Source: Clostridiales bacterium
Lineage (GTDB): Bacteria; Bacillota; Clostridia; Oscillospirales; Oscillospiraceae
Direction: 5' to 3'
DNA: 64,000 nt
Assembly: GCA_019418025.1 (NCBI GenBank)
Contig: DYCR01000003.1
Coordinates: 7,438-71,437, forward strand
Under the pieces are notes generated by a model. It made no database searches and had not been told where the DNA came from. It was given only the letters and a program-made list of their open reading frames with translations. Below, piece by piece: positions 55,254 to 64,000 of the stretch. A program made the translations under genes and the position numbers. The first letter of the stretch is position 1; every line of letters starts with the position of its first letter.

Positions 55254-55550
55254 ATGGCTAAGATTACCGGTAAGTATGAGGTGCTCTACATCATCGATGC
55301 TACCATCGGTGAAGAGGGTATCGCAGCACTTGTGGAAAAATTCAAGGCAATGGTGGAAGCGGAGGGTACTCTGACCAACATTGACCAGTGGGGCAAGCGT
55401 CGTCTGGCTTACCTCATCAATGATATGGCTGAGGGCTACTACGTTCTGATGAACTTCGAGTCCAAGCCCGAGTTCCCCGCTGAGCTGGAGCGTGTGATGA
55501 AGATCACCGAAGGCGTTATGCGCTGCATGACCACCACCGTGGAAGAGTAA
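55254..55550 (+). CDS. rpsF: 30S ribosomal protein S6
   Basis: AAGGAGG RBS. MAKITGKYEVLYIID... Confidence 0.95.
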   Translation: MAKITGKYEVLYIIDATIGEEGIAALVEKFKAMVEAEGTLTNIDQWGKRRLAYLINDMAEGYYVLMNFESKPEFPAELERVMKITEGVMRCMTTTVEE

Positions 55551-55562
55551 GGAGGAGTTCTA

Positions 55563-56051
55563 ATGCTCAACCACATCACCATCATGGGTCGCCTGACCCG
55601 TGATCCCGAACTGCGCCGTACCGGCAGTGGCATCGCCGTGGCCAGCTTCACGCTGGCTGTCGACCGTGACTACTCCCCCAGAGACGGCGGCGAACGGGAA
55701 ACGGATTTCATTGACTGCGTTGCTTGGCGTCAGACCGGAGAATTTGTCTCCAAGTATTTCACCAAGGGCCGCATGGCAGTGGTATCCGGCCGTCTCCAGA
55801 TTCGCAGCTGGAACGACAAAGACGGAAACAAGCGTCGCACCGCCGAGATCGTGGCAGACAATGTCTACTTCGGCGACAGCAAGCGTGACGATCAGGGCAG
55901 CAACAGCTCCTATGGTGGAAACACCTACGGCGGCAACAGCTCCTACGATCACCCCCAGAGCGGCGGCTTTGGCGGTTACAGTGCGCCCACTTCGGCTCCT
56001 GTGTCCGATTTCGCTATGCTGGAAGATGACGATGCTCAGCTTCCCTTCTAA
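55563..56051 (+). CDS. ssb: Single-stranded DNA-binding protein
   Basis: MLNHITIMGRLTRDPELRRT..., Gly/Ser-rich tail ending DDDAQLPF. Confidence 0.95.
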   Translation: MLNHITIMGRLTRDPELRRTGSGIAVASFTLAVDRDYSPRDGGERETDFIDCVAWRQTGEFVSKYFTKGRMAVVSGRLQIRSWNDKDGNKRRTAEIVADNVYFGDSKRDDQGSNSSYGGNTYGGNSSYDHPQSGGFGGYSAPTSAPVSDFAMLEDDDAQLPF

Positions 56052-56090
56052 TTCTTGAATTTTCTACAATGCTAACAAGGAGGAATCATC

Positions 56091-56327
56091 ATGGCTAACG
56101 AACAGCGTGTCCGTCCCCGCAAGCGTAAGAAGGTTTGTTCTTTCTGCGTTGACAAGGTGACTGCTATCGATTACAAGGACACTGCAAAGCTGCGCCGTTA
56201 CCTGTCCGAGCGTGGCAAGATCCTGCCCCGCCGTACCACCGGTACCTGTGCTGCTCATCAGCGTAATCTGACCACCGCCATCAAGCGTGCTCGCCAGATT
56301 GCTCTGCTGCCCTACGTTGCAGACTAA
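56091..56327 (+). CDS. rpsR: 30S ribosomal protein S18
   Basis: ...[46 protein letters not shown]... Confidence 0.95.
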   Translation: MANEQRVRPRKRKKVCSFCVDKVTAIDYKDTAKLRRYLSERGKILPRRTTGTCAAHQRNLTTAIKRARQIALLPYVAD

Positions 56328-56340
56328 TTGGATAAGCTAT

Positions 56341-56372
56341 ACCCCCGAAGGATTTTCCTTCGGGGGTTTTAT
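56341..56372 (+). terminator. Intrinsic terminator of the rpsF operon
   Basis: ACCCCCGAAGG-ATTTTC-CTTCGGGGGT followed by TTTAT. Confidence 0.8.
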
Positions 56373-56718
56373 CCTTTTGTTTTGAAAATGCATCACCGCC
56401 TCCGGCTGTCCACCCCTCGGCCAAAGCTTCCGATTTTGCAGAGCAGGGATGCCGCAGAGGCTTTTATTTTTTTCCACAGAGATGTCACATTTTGTGGAAT
56501 TTTCCTCAAGATCCCGAATATAATCCCCCGATTTCAAAAGCGACTCTCAGAATTTTTCCACATTTTGTGTCCATGCTGTGGAGAAAATCCAAATCCCCCC
56601 CGCCCCCAAACACCCAGTGGGTGCTTCAAACAGACCAAAAGCCCCGATGCATACGCATCGGGGCTTTTACAGCCTGCCCGAAACCCTCGGGCAGACTCTT
56701 ATAAATCGGGCATCCCGA

Positions 56719-57876
56719 TCAGCGGACGGACTTGGCATACTCCGTGGGGGTAATGCCGAATTTATCCTTAAACTGGCGGGAAAAATGGTGGACCGTAGAA
56801 TATTGCAGCACCGCGGCGATCTCCGTGAAATTCATGTTATCCTCGCGGATCATCTGCTTGCTCTCCTGCAGCTTCACCCGACGGATATACTCACCCGGAG
56901 AAATCTGCAAATTTTTGCGGAAGAGGGCCGTCAGATAACTGGGACTGACATCCACATGACGGGCCACCGACGGAACGGTAAGCTTTTCCCGAACATGGGT
57001 GCTGATAAACTGCTGGGCCCGTCGGATGATCTCATTTTCAGAATTCACGGAATTTGCCGTCCGCAGCTTCACCTGAGAGGGGCAGGCCTGCTCCCGCAGC
57101 AGGGTCAGCAGCAGGATCTGCAAGCTGCAGATCATCATATCCTCGGAATAATCGTCCATCTGGTCATGCTCCCGCAGCAGCCGCTGAAGCATCGGCACCG
57201 CCGACTGAGGGATGGAAAATTTCCGATTGAACAGACTCTCCGGACACTCACCGTCCAGATCAAAGCTGATGGTGATATAGCTTGCGGCGATATCATCCTC
57301 GGCATACTGCATGTGCCACTGATTGGGAGCATAGATCACAAGATCCCCCTGATTCAGCTGAAGATCCACACCGTCCGCCACAGAATGGATGGCACCCTTG
57401 TCCACATAGGTCAGCTCCAGAGGCTTGTGGGCCTCGCCGGGGAAAATGAAGCCCTTTTCCTTCTCGTGGTAAAAGAAGGTGTAGATGCTGTCCACGGCAA
57501 TATGGCGGCTCATGCGGTAATTTTCCCCGCCGCCGTCCTTGGTGATCTCCTCCGGCAGACGCTCCCCTGCCATCTCCACACTGGAGGCATCCTGATAGGG
57601 GCAGAGGGAAAAGCAAATCCCCGGCTTGATGCAAACGACCTTATCCAGATAAAAATGCTGAAACGCCTCCCCATCGGCCGAGGCAGAAAGCACCGTCATA
57701 TTCTCGTGGTTGCGCAGCCACACCTCCGAGTCGCAGCGATACACACGGCGCTCATGCTTGTCCAGCTTCACCACATGGCTCTGGGCCGCCTTATCCAGCA
57801 GATCCCGAGCCGCCACACGCTCTGACTCGATGCTGCCATAGCTTTGGAAAGACAATTGATTCAGATTACAAATCAT
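56719..57876 (-). CDS. AraC-family regulator with extended N-terminal sensor region
   Basis: ATG at 57876 behind GGAGG. C-terminus ...YIRRVKLQESKQMIREDNMNFTEIAAVLQYSTVHHFSRQFKDKFGITPTEY. Confidence 0.85.
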   Translation of the reverse strand: MICNLNQLSFQSYGSIESERVAARDLLDKAAQSHVVKLDKHERRVYRCDSEVWLRNHENMTVLSASADGEAFQHFYLDKVVCIKPGICFSLCPYQDASSVEMAGERLPEEITKDGGGENYRMSRHIAVDSIYTFFYHEKEKGFIFPGEAHKPLELTYVDKGAIHSVADGVDLQLNQGDLVIYAPNQWHMQYAEDDIAASYITISFDLDGECPESLFNRKFSIPQSAVPMLQRLLREHDQMDDYSEDMMICSLQILLLTLLREQACPSQVKLRTANSVNSENEIIRRAQQFISTHVREKLTVPSVARHVDVSPSYLTALFRKNLQISPGEYIRRVKLQESKQMIREDNMNFTEIAAVLQYSTVHHFSRQFKDKFGITPTEYAKSVR

Positions 57877-57995
57877 ATCAGCAAACCTCCGGGGCACGTA
57901 AATAATAAAAGGGGGACAAATTTTGTCCCCCTTATTATACTAAACAGAATCGAAAATGGCAAAGCTTTTTTGCAAAATATTGCAAAATCCTGCAT

Positions 57996-59270
57996 TTATC
58001 GCTGATATTCGAATTGGAAGTCGTAAATATCAACGGTATCCCCATCCTCAATGCCCATTTCCTCCAGACGCTTGAACAGACCGCTGCGGCGCAGGATCAG
58101 GTCAAAATAGTTCCGCGCCTCGTAATCATCAAAATTGATGTCCCGGATCAGGTTTTCAAGCCAAGTGCCGGTGATCAGCCATGTGTTGCCATAGTGATCG
58201 ATCTCCAGCTCCTCCGGACGGCCCGCCAGAGGCATGGGCGCCACGTACTCCGGCTCGTAGATGGTCACAGGCGGCAGGGTGCTGAGACGCTGCGCAACCA
58301 CACGCATCAGGTTTTTGGTCCCCTGAGTGGTGCCTGCGGAGATCTCGTACAGCTCACAGCCGGCCTCCTCCACTCGGGCACGCAGCCGCTCCAGATTGTC
58401 AGACTCCGGCATCATCAGGTCGATCTTGTTCGCCGCCACGATCATGGGGCGGTTGCTCAGATCCACCGAATAATTTTTCAGCTCTTCGCAGATGGCATCA
58501 AAATCCTCCACAGGGTCCCGTCCCTCGCTGCCGGACACGTCGATCACATGCACCAGCAGGCGGCAGCGGTCGATGTGGCGCAGGAAGTCGTGGCCCAGAC
58601 CGGCCCCATCCGCTGCGCCCTCGATGATCCCGGGGATATCCGCCATGACGAAGGATACGCCCTCATCCACGTAGATGACGCCCAGATTGGGGAACAGCGT
58701 GGTGAAATGGTAGTTGGCGATCTTGGGGCGGGCGTTGGAGGTCACGGACAACAGGGTAGACTTGCCCACGTTGGGGAAGCCCACCAGACCCACGTCCGCA
58801 AGGAGCTTCAGCTCCAGAATGATGTCCCGCTCCTGACCTGCACGGCCGGACTTTGCAAAGCGGGGGATCTGACGGGTGGCGGTGGCGTAGTGGGAGTTGC
58901 CCCATCCGCCCCGGCCGCCCTTAGCGATGACGAAATCCTCGCCCGTGGACATATCCACAATAATCTGGTTGGTTTCGGCATCACGGACAACGGTGCCGCG
59001 GGGGACCTGAATGATCAGCGGCTCTCCCCGCTTGCCCGCCATATTTCTGCCCTGACCGTTGACACCGGCCCCTGCCTGATATTTGCGCTTATAGCGGAAG
59101 TCCAGCAGGGTGGTCATATGGTCACTGACCCGCAGGATGACGCTGCCGCCATGGCCGCCGTCACCTCCGTCCGGTCCGCCGGATGCCACGTATTTTTCCC
59201 GATGGAACGCAACGGCACCGTCGCCGCCCCGACCACCGATCACAGTGATTCGCACTTTATCAACAAACAT
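57996..59270 (-). CDS. obg: GTPase Obg
   Basis: ATG at 59270 behind AGGAGG. MFVDKVRITVIGGRGGDGAVAFHREKY..., GFPNVGKST. The 106 upstream codons of the ORF-track call are rejected. Confidence 0.93.
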   Translation of the reverse strand: MFVDKVRITVIGGRGGDGAVAFHREKYVASGGPDGGDGGHGGSVILRVSDHMTTLLDFRYKRKYQAGAGVNGQGRNMAGKRGEPLIIQVPRGTVVRDAETNQIIVDMSTGEDFVIAKGGRGGWGNSHYATATRQIPRFAKSGRAGQERDIILELKLLADVGLVGFPNVGKSTLLSVTSNARPKIANYHFTTLFPNLGVIYVDEGVSFVMADIPGIIEGAADGAGLGHDFLRHIDRCRLLVHVIDVSGSEGRDPVEDFDAICEELKNYSVDLSNRPMIVAANKIDLMMPESDNLERLRARVEEAGCELYEISAGTTQGTKNLMRVVAQRLSTLPPVTIYEPEYVAPMPLAGRPEELEIDHYGNTWLITGTWLENLIRDINFDDYEARNYFDLILRRSGLFKRLEEMGIEDGDTVDIYDFQFEYQR

Positions 59271-59403
59271 ATCCGTAAATCCTCCTTTGGTGAGATTTGG
59301 GTATGAAACTTTCAAACTAACCGATGCAGCGCACCGCAAAAGACTGGCTTTTAAAAAAGGGCTGCCGCAAGTGTTTGCAGCAGCCCTTCGCTTTATGAAT
59401 CCA

Positions 59404-59685
59404 TTACTGTGCAGCGTAAACGGAGCACTGTCTGCGATCCTTGCCCTTGCGCTCGAACTTGACGGTACCGTCAACCAGAGCGAACAGGGTATCATCGCTG
59501 CCGATGCCGACATTGACACCGGGATGGATGTGAGTGCCTCTCTGGCGAACCAGAATGTTGCCGGCCAGAACGAACTGACCGTCAGCACGCTTCACGCCCA
59601 GGCGCTTTGCCTCGGAATCACGGCCGTTCTTGGTGGAACCGCCGCCCTTATGGTGAGCGAAGAACTGAATACCAATCTTCAGCAT
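59404..59685 (-). CDS. rpmA: 50S ribosomal protein L27 with Firmicutes-type N-terminal propeptide
   Basis: MLKIGIQFF|[23 protein letters not shown]. Start at 59685. Confidence 0.93.
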   Translation of the reverse strand: MLKIGIQFFAHHKGGGSTKNGRDSEAKRLGVKRADGQFVLAGNILVRQRGTHIHPGVNVGIGSDDTLFALVDGTVKFERKGKDRRQCSVYAAQ

Positions 59686-59689
59686 GGTG

Positions 59690-60013
59690 TTACACCTCCA
59701 AAACTTCGATATAATCAGGATAATCATCCCGCAGGCTGCACAGAGTGATCATCATTCCGGCAAGAACTGCCTGAACGGACTCCTCCTCATCGCAGGAAGC
59801 GGGCAGGGTCAACGTGACACGAGCATCCTCGTGCTTGACCCGGACCTTGGCCTTTGCGCCGCAAACATCATTGATGGTGGCCTCAGCCATGGTCACAACG
59901 GCGCTGACAGCAGCACAGACGATGTCGGTGCCGGCCTCGCCGTAACCACTATGACCGAAAACGGTGAATCCGGTGATTCGATCGTCCTCGGTGAAGAATT
60001 CACATCTGGTCAT
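59690..60013 (-). CDS. prp: Ribosomal-processing cysteine protease Prp
   Basis: 107 aa between rplU and rpmA. ...[25 protein letters not shown]... Confidence 0.88.
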   Translation of the reverse strand: MTRCEFFTEDDRITGFTVFGHSGYGEAGTDIVCAAVSAVVTMAEATINDVCGAKAKVRVKHEDARVTLTLPASCDEEESVQAVLAGMMITLCSLRDDYPDYIEVLEV

Positions 60014-60016
60014 AAC

Positions 60017-60328
60017 TTACAGAGCGATCTTGGTGATCTCAACCTTGGTGTAAGGCTGACGATGACCCATCTTCTTCTTCTCGTTCTTCTTGGGCTTGTA
60101 TCTGAAGATTGTCAGCTTCTTGCCCTTGCCGTTCTTGATGACCTTAGCCTCGACAGCTGCACCCTCAACAACGGGAGCACCGATCTTGGAGTTTTCACCG
60201 TCCAGAACAGCCAGAACCTCGTCGAACTTGATGGTAGCGTTCTCTTCAGCGTTCAGCTTCTCGATGAACAGGACATCACCCTCTGCGACGGTGTACTGCT
60301 TGCCACCGGTAACGATAACTGCTTTCAT
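60017..60328 (-). CDS. rplU: 50S ribosomal protein L21
   Basis: ATG at 60328 behind [24 protein letters not shown]... Confidence 0.93.
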   Translation of the reverse strand: MKAVIVTGGKQYTVAEGDVLFIEKLNAEENATIKFDEVLAVLDGENSKIGAPVVEGAAVEAKVIKNGKGKKLTIFRYKPKKNEKKKMGHRQPYTKVEITKIAL

Positions 60329-60416
60329 TTGTTTCACCTACTTTATATTGTGTAGTCTCGCTCTTGAGGTGCGCCATTTGCATGACAACTTAAAACCCCT
60401 TCGATGCGGCTAAAAC

Positions 60417-60445
60417 ATTCTACCATGTCAAACTTGAAAAGTCAA
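60417..60445 (-). promoter_or_regulatory. Candidate promoter of rplU-prp-rpmA-obg
   Basis: Minus strand reads TTGACT (60445-60440), 17-nt spacer, TAGAAT (60422-60417), leaving a ~90-nt leader. Confidence 0.6.
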
Positions 60446-60524
60446 CTGTTTTTCGCAACTTTTTCTTGATATTTCCCCGTTTTTTTGCTATCATAGACCC
60501 ATCTTTCCCGGAGGTAATTTCCCT

Positions 60525-60887
60525 ATGAAAACAAAATACTGGGTGATCGGCTTCGTGCTGCTGGCTATCGTGTGTCTGGTTGCGATGCTGCCCCTGATCG
60601 ATCCAAAGCCCGCCTCCTCCGCCGAGATCTATATCGACGGCACGCTGTACAAAACGGTATCGCTCAGCGAGGATCAGGAATTTTCCGTTGAAGGGCACAA
60701 CACCATCACCGTCCGAGACGGGGCCATCGCCGTGACGGATGCCGACTGCCCCGACAAATACTGCATCAAGCGCGGGTTCCGTTCCGGCGGCGCAGATATC
60801 GTCTGCCTGCCCAACCGTGTGGTGATCCATTTTGTGGCGGACCCCGCAGCCGACAGTCCGGACGCCGTTGACAGTGTGGTAGGATAA
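60525..60887 (+). CDS. NusG domain II-containing membrane-anchored protein
   Basis: N-terminal TM WVIGFVLLAIVCLVAML, then ...CPDKYCIKRGF...GADIVCLPNRVVI..., typical of the NusG_II family. Confidence 0.75.
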   Translation: MKTKYWVIGFVLLAIVCLVAMLPLIDPKPASSAEIYIDGTLYKTVSLSEDQEFSVEGHNTITVRDGAIAVTDADCPDKYCIKRGFRSGGADIVCLPNRVVIHFVADPAADSPDAVDSVVG

Positions 60888-60916
60888 AAAATTTTTCAAA
60901 AATATAAAAAAACATA

Positions 60917-60945
60917 TTGACAAATCTGCTGGCATTTAGTATAAT
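60917..60945 (+). promoter_or_regulatory. Consensus promoter of tRNA-Val
   Basis: TTGACA (60917-60922), 17-nt spacer, TATAAT (60940-60945), A-rich UP-like tract upstream. Confidence 0.8.
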
Positions 60946-60986
60946 ACCAACTGTTCTGAGCGGAACACCGCAGAACAAAGCGACCT

Positions 60987-61062
60987 GGACGATTAGCTCA
61001 GCTGGTAGAGCATGCGCTTGACGTGCGCAGGGTCAGCGGTTCGAGTCCGTTATCGTCCACCA
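60987..61062 (+). tRNA. tRNA-Val (anticodon GAC), CCA encoded
   Basis: Hand-folded cloverleaf: acceptor GGACGAT/ATCGTCC, D arm GCTC..GAGC, anticodon stem TGCGC/GCGCA with loop TTGACGT, T arm AGCGG-TTCGAGT-CCGTT, then A-CCA. Confidence 0.9.
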
Positions 61063-61067
61063 AAAAA

Positions 61068-61099
61068 GCACCATCTTTCGATGGTGCTTTTTCTTTTTA
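61068..61099 (+). terminator. Intrinsic terminator after tRNA-Val
   Basis: AGCACCATC-TTTC-GATGGTGCT followed by TTTTCTTTTT. Confidence 0.85.
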
Positions 61100-61608
61100 T
61101 AAAAGCTGTCCCCAGAGGTCAGGCAGCCGTTAATTTGTAATTGAAAAACGTTTCGTGGAGCAATTTTCCCATTGAGCCAGTCAAGGCTGCCGGACGATCC
61201 GGCGGCCTTGACTGGCTTTTTGCGCTCTTTGAGGCACTTCTCCCCGTGCCGCCTGTCGAAACCTCGTCGGCAGGCGGCTTTTTGCAAATCCGGCAAAAAG
61301 CTTTATTTTTCTTCTATTTTGTTTTACATCTGAAATACAGCACTTGGTTTCTGTCGAATTTCCTCAAAAAACGAATCCCCATGCACAAGGGAGTAAGCAG
61401 AAAAACGCCCCTTCCCTTCAGGACCGCCCCCTCCGGCGGCACGCAGGATACCCCCACGAAAGCGCGCACTTTTGCGGTATCATGCAAATTGCACAGTTCT
61501 GTTCTTTCCATTCGTTTTCTCTTTAGAAATGTGTCATCTATAACGGAAAAACCCAAAAAATCCGGCAATTGTTTGGTCAAAAATACCCACTTGTCAATCT
61601 GGTTTTAC

Positions 61609-61637
61609 TTGATTATCCCACTGGATTGTGGTATAAT
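61609..61637 (+). promoter_or_regulatory. Candidate promoter (extended -10) of the glycosyltransferase locus
   Basis: TTGATT (61609-61614), 17-nt spacer ending in TGG, TATAAT (61632-61637). Leaves a ~170-nt leader before the ATG at 61813. Confidence 0.55.
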
Positions 61638-61812
61638 TTATCAAAGTTTTATGCCCATGAGAACATCATGCATCCCTGATTTTGATTGCCCTGTCCGCCG
61701 GTGCAGACGCCTCGGCGGGGCTTGGTATGAAATGACTGCGAAATTTGTCGCAGATATACAGGCTGCGCCGGAAGATAAGCCACCGCCGCAGCACAGGATA
61801 CGGAGAAAAGAA

Positions 61813-62634
61813 ATGCAGAAATTCAGCGTTTTAATGTCGATTTACGTGAAGGAAAATCCTGATTTTGCCCGGGCCTGCTTTGACAGCCTGCTGAGCCAGA
61901 CCGTGCCCGCCGACGAGTGGGTCATCGTGGAGGACGGTCCCCTGACCCCGGAGCTTTACGCCCTGCTGGACGAATACCAGACTGCCCACCCCGGGCTGAT
62001 TCAGCGGGTCCCTCTGGAGAAAAACGTGGGTCTGGGGCTTGCCTTGCGGGAGGGCATCGTCCACTGCTCCCACGAGCTGATCGCCCGGATGGACACCGAC
62101 GACATCTGCCGGCAGGATCGGTTTGAAAAGCAGCTTGCCGCATTTGAGCAGCACCCCGAGCTGGACATCTGCGGCTGCCAGATCATCGAATTTGAGGGTC
62201 AGCCCTCCAACGAGCTTGCCAGACGGCAGGTCCCCCTGACCCACGATCAGATCGCCCGATACCAAAAGCGCAGGGACGCATTCAACCACATGACCGTCAT
62301 GTACAAAAAGAGCGCCGTGCTGAGGGCCGGAAATTACGAATCGTGCATGCTGATGGAGGACACGATGCTGTGGGTCCGGATGCTGCTTTCCGGAGCCAAG
62401 ACCATGAACCTCGAGGAATATCTGGTGTTTGCACGGATCGGGCGGGACATGTTCCAGCGTCGGGGCGGTCTGGCCTACTACAAAAAATACAAGACCGGCA
62501 GAAAGCGGATCTTCAAGACCGGTTATATATCCTACTGGGACTACCTGTACACCCTGATGGTTCAGTTTGCGGTGGCGGTGATGCCCAACAGGCTGCGGGG
62601 ATGGGTATTCACCACCCTGCTGCACCGATCATGA
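61813..62634 (+). CDS. Family-2 glycosyltransferase
   Basis: Internal ATG at 61813 behind GGAGAA. MQKFSVLMSIYVKENPDFARACFDSLLSQT...ARMDTDD. The upstream part of ORF 61141..62634 looks non-coding. Confidence 0.85.
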   Translation: MQKFSVLMSIYVKENPDFARACFDSLLSQTVPADEWVIVEDGPLTPELYALLDEYQTAHPGLIQRVPLEKNVGLGLALREGIVHCSHELIARMDTDDICRQDRFEKQLAAFEQHPELDICGCQIIEFEGQPSNELARRQVPLTHDQIARYQKRRDAFNHMTVMYKKSAVLRAGNYESCMLMEDTMLWVRMLLSGAKTMNLEEYLVFARIGRDMFQRRGGLAYYKKYKTGRKRIFKTGYISYWDYLYTLMVQFAVAVMPNRLRGWVFTTLLHRS

Positions 62635-62650
62635 GAACGGAGGACGATTT

Positions 62651-63850
62651 GTGGGCGGTTTAAAAGAAAAATTTGAACGGGTAAAGGGCCGGGACATTCT
62701 GGCGGGCCTAACCTTCCTTGCTGCGATCCCCCAAGCCCTGCTCCTGCGCAGAAAGCGGCCGGACCTGTGGCTGATCTGCGAGGACGAAAAAGAGGCACGG
62801 GACAATGGCTTTTGGCTCTACCGCTACATCCGCACGGCCCATCCGGAGCAGGACTGTGTGTACGCCATCGATCCTGACTCCCCCGACTATGCCCGGGTGC
62901 GGGATCTGGGCGAGGTGATCCCCTACGGCGGCTACAAGCACTGGGTCTACTATCTGGCGGCCCGAAAGAACATCAGCTCCCAAAAGGGCGGCAAGCCCAA
63001 CGCCGCGGTGTGCTATGTTCTGGAGGTGTACGGTCTGCTGAAAAACAGGCGGGCATTTTTGCAGCACGGTGTCATCGTCAACGATCTTCCGTGGCTTTAT
63101 TACAGCGCAACGAAAATGGATCTTTTCGTGTGCGGCGCCAAGCAGGAATATGAATTTATCCGGGACACCTTCGGGTATCCCGAGCATGCCGTGCAGTATC
63201 TGGGGCTGACCCGCTTCGACGGACTGCACGATTTTCAGGTGAAGCAGGATCAGATCCTGGTCATGCCCACGTGGCGGGAGTGGATCGCCACCCCCACCTC
63301 CAAATCCAAGACCCTTGACGACATGACCGACTTCACCAGTACCGAATATTTCCGCCGCTGGAACGAATTTCTGAACAGCAGCGAGATCAGCAGGCTGCTG
63401 GAGCAGTACCGGATGCAGATGATCTTCTACCCCCACCGGAACATGCAGCCCTATCTGGGGGATTTTTCCACCGGCTCTGACCGCATCACCATTGCAGACT
63501 GGAAGCAGTACGATGTTCAGCAGCTGCTGAAAAGCTCTGCCTTCCTGATCACCGATTACTCCAGTATTTCCATGGACTTTGCATACATGCGCAAGCCCAT
63601 GCTGTATTACCAATTTGACGAGGAAAAATTCCGCAGGGGCCAGTACCCTCAGGGATATTTCAGCTATAAGGAGGACGGCTTCGGCCCATTCTGCCCGACA
63701 CTGGAGGAGGTATGCCGGAATCTGGAGCATTTCATGGCAAACGGCCTCTCCGGCGAGCCTCTGTACACCCGGCGTGAGGAGGCATTCTTCCCCCTGTACG
63801 ATACCAACAATTGTGAACGCAATTACCTTGCGATCAAAAATATGGAGTGA
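62651..63850 (+). CDS. CDP-glycerol glycerophosphotransferase (TagB/TagF family)
   Basis: 399 aa. ...ILVMPTWRE...FYPHRNM...LITDYSSISMDFAYMRKPMLYYQFD... is characteristic of the family. Confidence 0.8.
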   Translation: MGGLKEKFERVKGRDILAGLTFLAAIPQALLLRRKRPDLWLICEDEKEARDNGFWLYRYIRTAHPEQDCVYAIDPDSPDYARVRDLGEVIPYGGYKHWVYYLAARKNISSQKGGKPNAAVCYVLEVYGLLKNRRAFLQHGVIVNDLPWLYYSATKMDLFVCGAKQEYEFIRDTFGYPEHAVQYLGLTRFDGLHDFQVKQDQILVMPTWREWIATPTSKSKTLDDMTDFTSTEYFRRWNEFLNSSEISRLLEQYRMQMIFYPHRNMQPYLGDFSTGSDRITIADWKQYDVQQLLKSSAFLITDYSSISMDFAYMRKPMLYYQFDEEKFRRGQYPQGYFSYKEDGFGPFCPTLEEVCRNLEHFMANGLSGEPLYTRREEAFFPLYDTNNCERNYLAIKNME

Positions 63851-63866
63851 AAGAGGAACGTTGAGA

Positions 63867-64000
63867 ATGTCAAAAACAATCGAGGAACGTCGCAGCGGCA
63901 GAGACAACCTGATTTTTGCCACAAAGCTTGTGCTGCTCATCTACACCATGCTGATAGCCGTGCCGTGGATGCAGCACTGGCTGTATTTCGGCAAAAAGCT
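63867..64000 (+). CDS. Partial membrane protein (N-terminus only; runs off the window)
   Basis: ATG at 63867. MSKTIEERRSGRDNLIFATKLVLLIYTMLIAVPWMQHWLYFGKK... stays open to the window end. Function not assignable. Confidence 0.4.
   Translation, partial: MSKTIEERRSGRDNLIFATKLVLLIYTMLIAVPWMQHWLYFGKK

Noticed and set aside
56328-56753. 141-aa ORF downstream of rpsR.
   Set aside because: It has no RBS, it overlaps the rpsF-operon terminator and the 3' end of the convergent AraC gene, and the translation is Pro/Arg/Phe-rich with no family resemblance.
57996-59588. N-terminally extended ORF-track calls. Examples: obg as 530 aa, 44323..45411, 48071..49594, 49485..50600, 50411..51073, 55149..55550, 61141..62634, 34259..35464, 2998..3381.
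   Set aside because: In each case an internal start with a good Shine-Dalgarno gives the canonical N-terminus of the family. The upstream extension overlaps neighbouring genes or intergenic hairpins and has a non-protein-like composition.

Overview
64-kb chromosomal window from a high-GC Clostridia (Firmicutes) genome. Gene content and order look Faecalibacterium/Oscillospiraceae-like, but that is inference only. I support about 60 protein genes, one tRNA-Val, no rRNA and no CRISPR array. ORF-track starts were often too far upstream, so I re-set many to the ATG/GTG/TTG behind a Shine-Dalgarno.

Layout:
- 1-~2990: a visibly AT-richer island with a WYL regulator (missed by the ORF track because it runs off the edge), a small XRE regulator and an AlbA_2/ATPase-like protein.
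- SASP gene and CoA-binding protein gene.
- Hexuronate operon uxaC-uxuA-SDR-eda-kdgK with an AraC regulator.
- Membrane XRE protein; GPH transporter plus esterase with an AraC regulator.
- Lacto-N-biose/galacto-N-biose module (AraC regulator, ABC importer, GH112 phosphorylase), with nahK about 9 kb away.
- Four-domain flavodiiron protein.
- Guanine-type purine riboswitch in front of a BMP-type nucleoside ABC importer; DegV; CPBP protease; dCMP deaminase.
- hrcA-grpE-dnaK-dnaJ with a perfect CIRCE.
- An orphan XRE / sigma-region-4 regulatory cassette.
- tadA, spoIIP, psuK-psuG, coaE, tsaC, prfA, rlmA.
- Tandemly duplicated secreted-protein cassette; ParB-like/BMP fusion coupled to a metallophosphoesterase.
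- rpsF-ssb-rpsR, rplU-prp-rpmA-obg, tRNA-Val, and the start of a glycosyltransferase/TagF-like locus.

Most unusual signal: an interspersed ~200-bp structured element I do not recognise. There are five full copies plus short fragments, with compensatory stem changes between copies. Four copies are flanked by 27-34 bp direct duplications of the host terminator hairpin (three perfect, one diverged), once including the last codons of a gene. In three of these the T-tract follows only the distal hairpin copy (a weaker T-rich run in the fourth).
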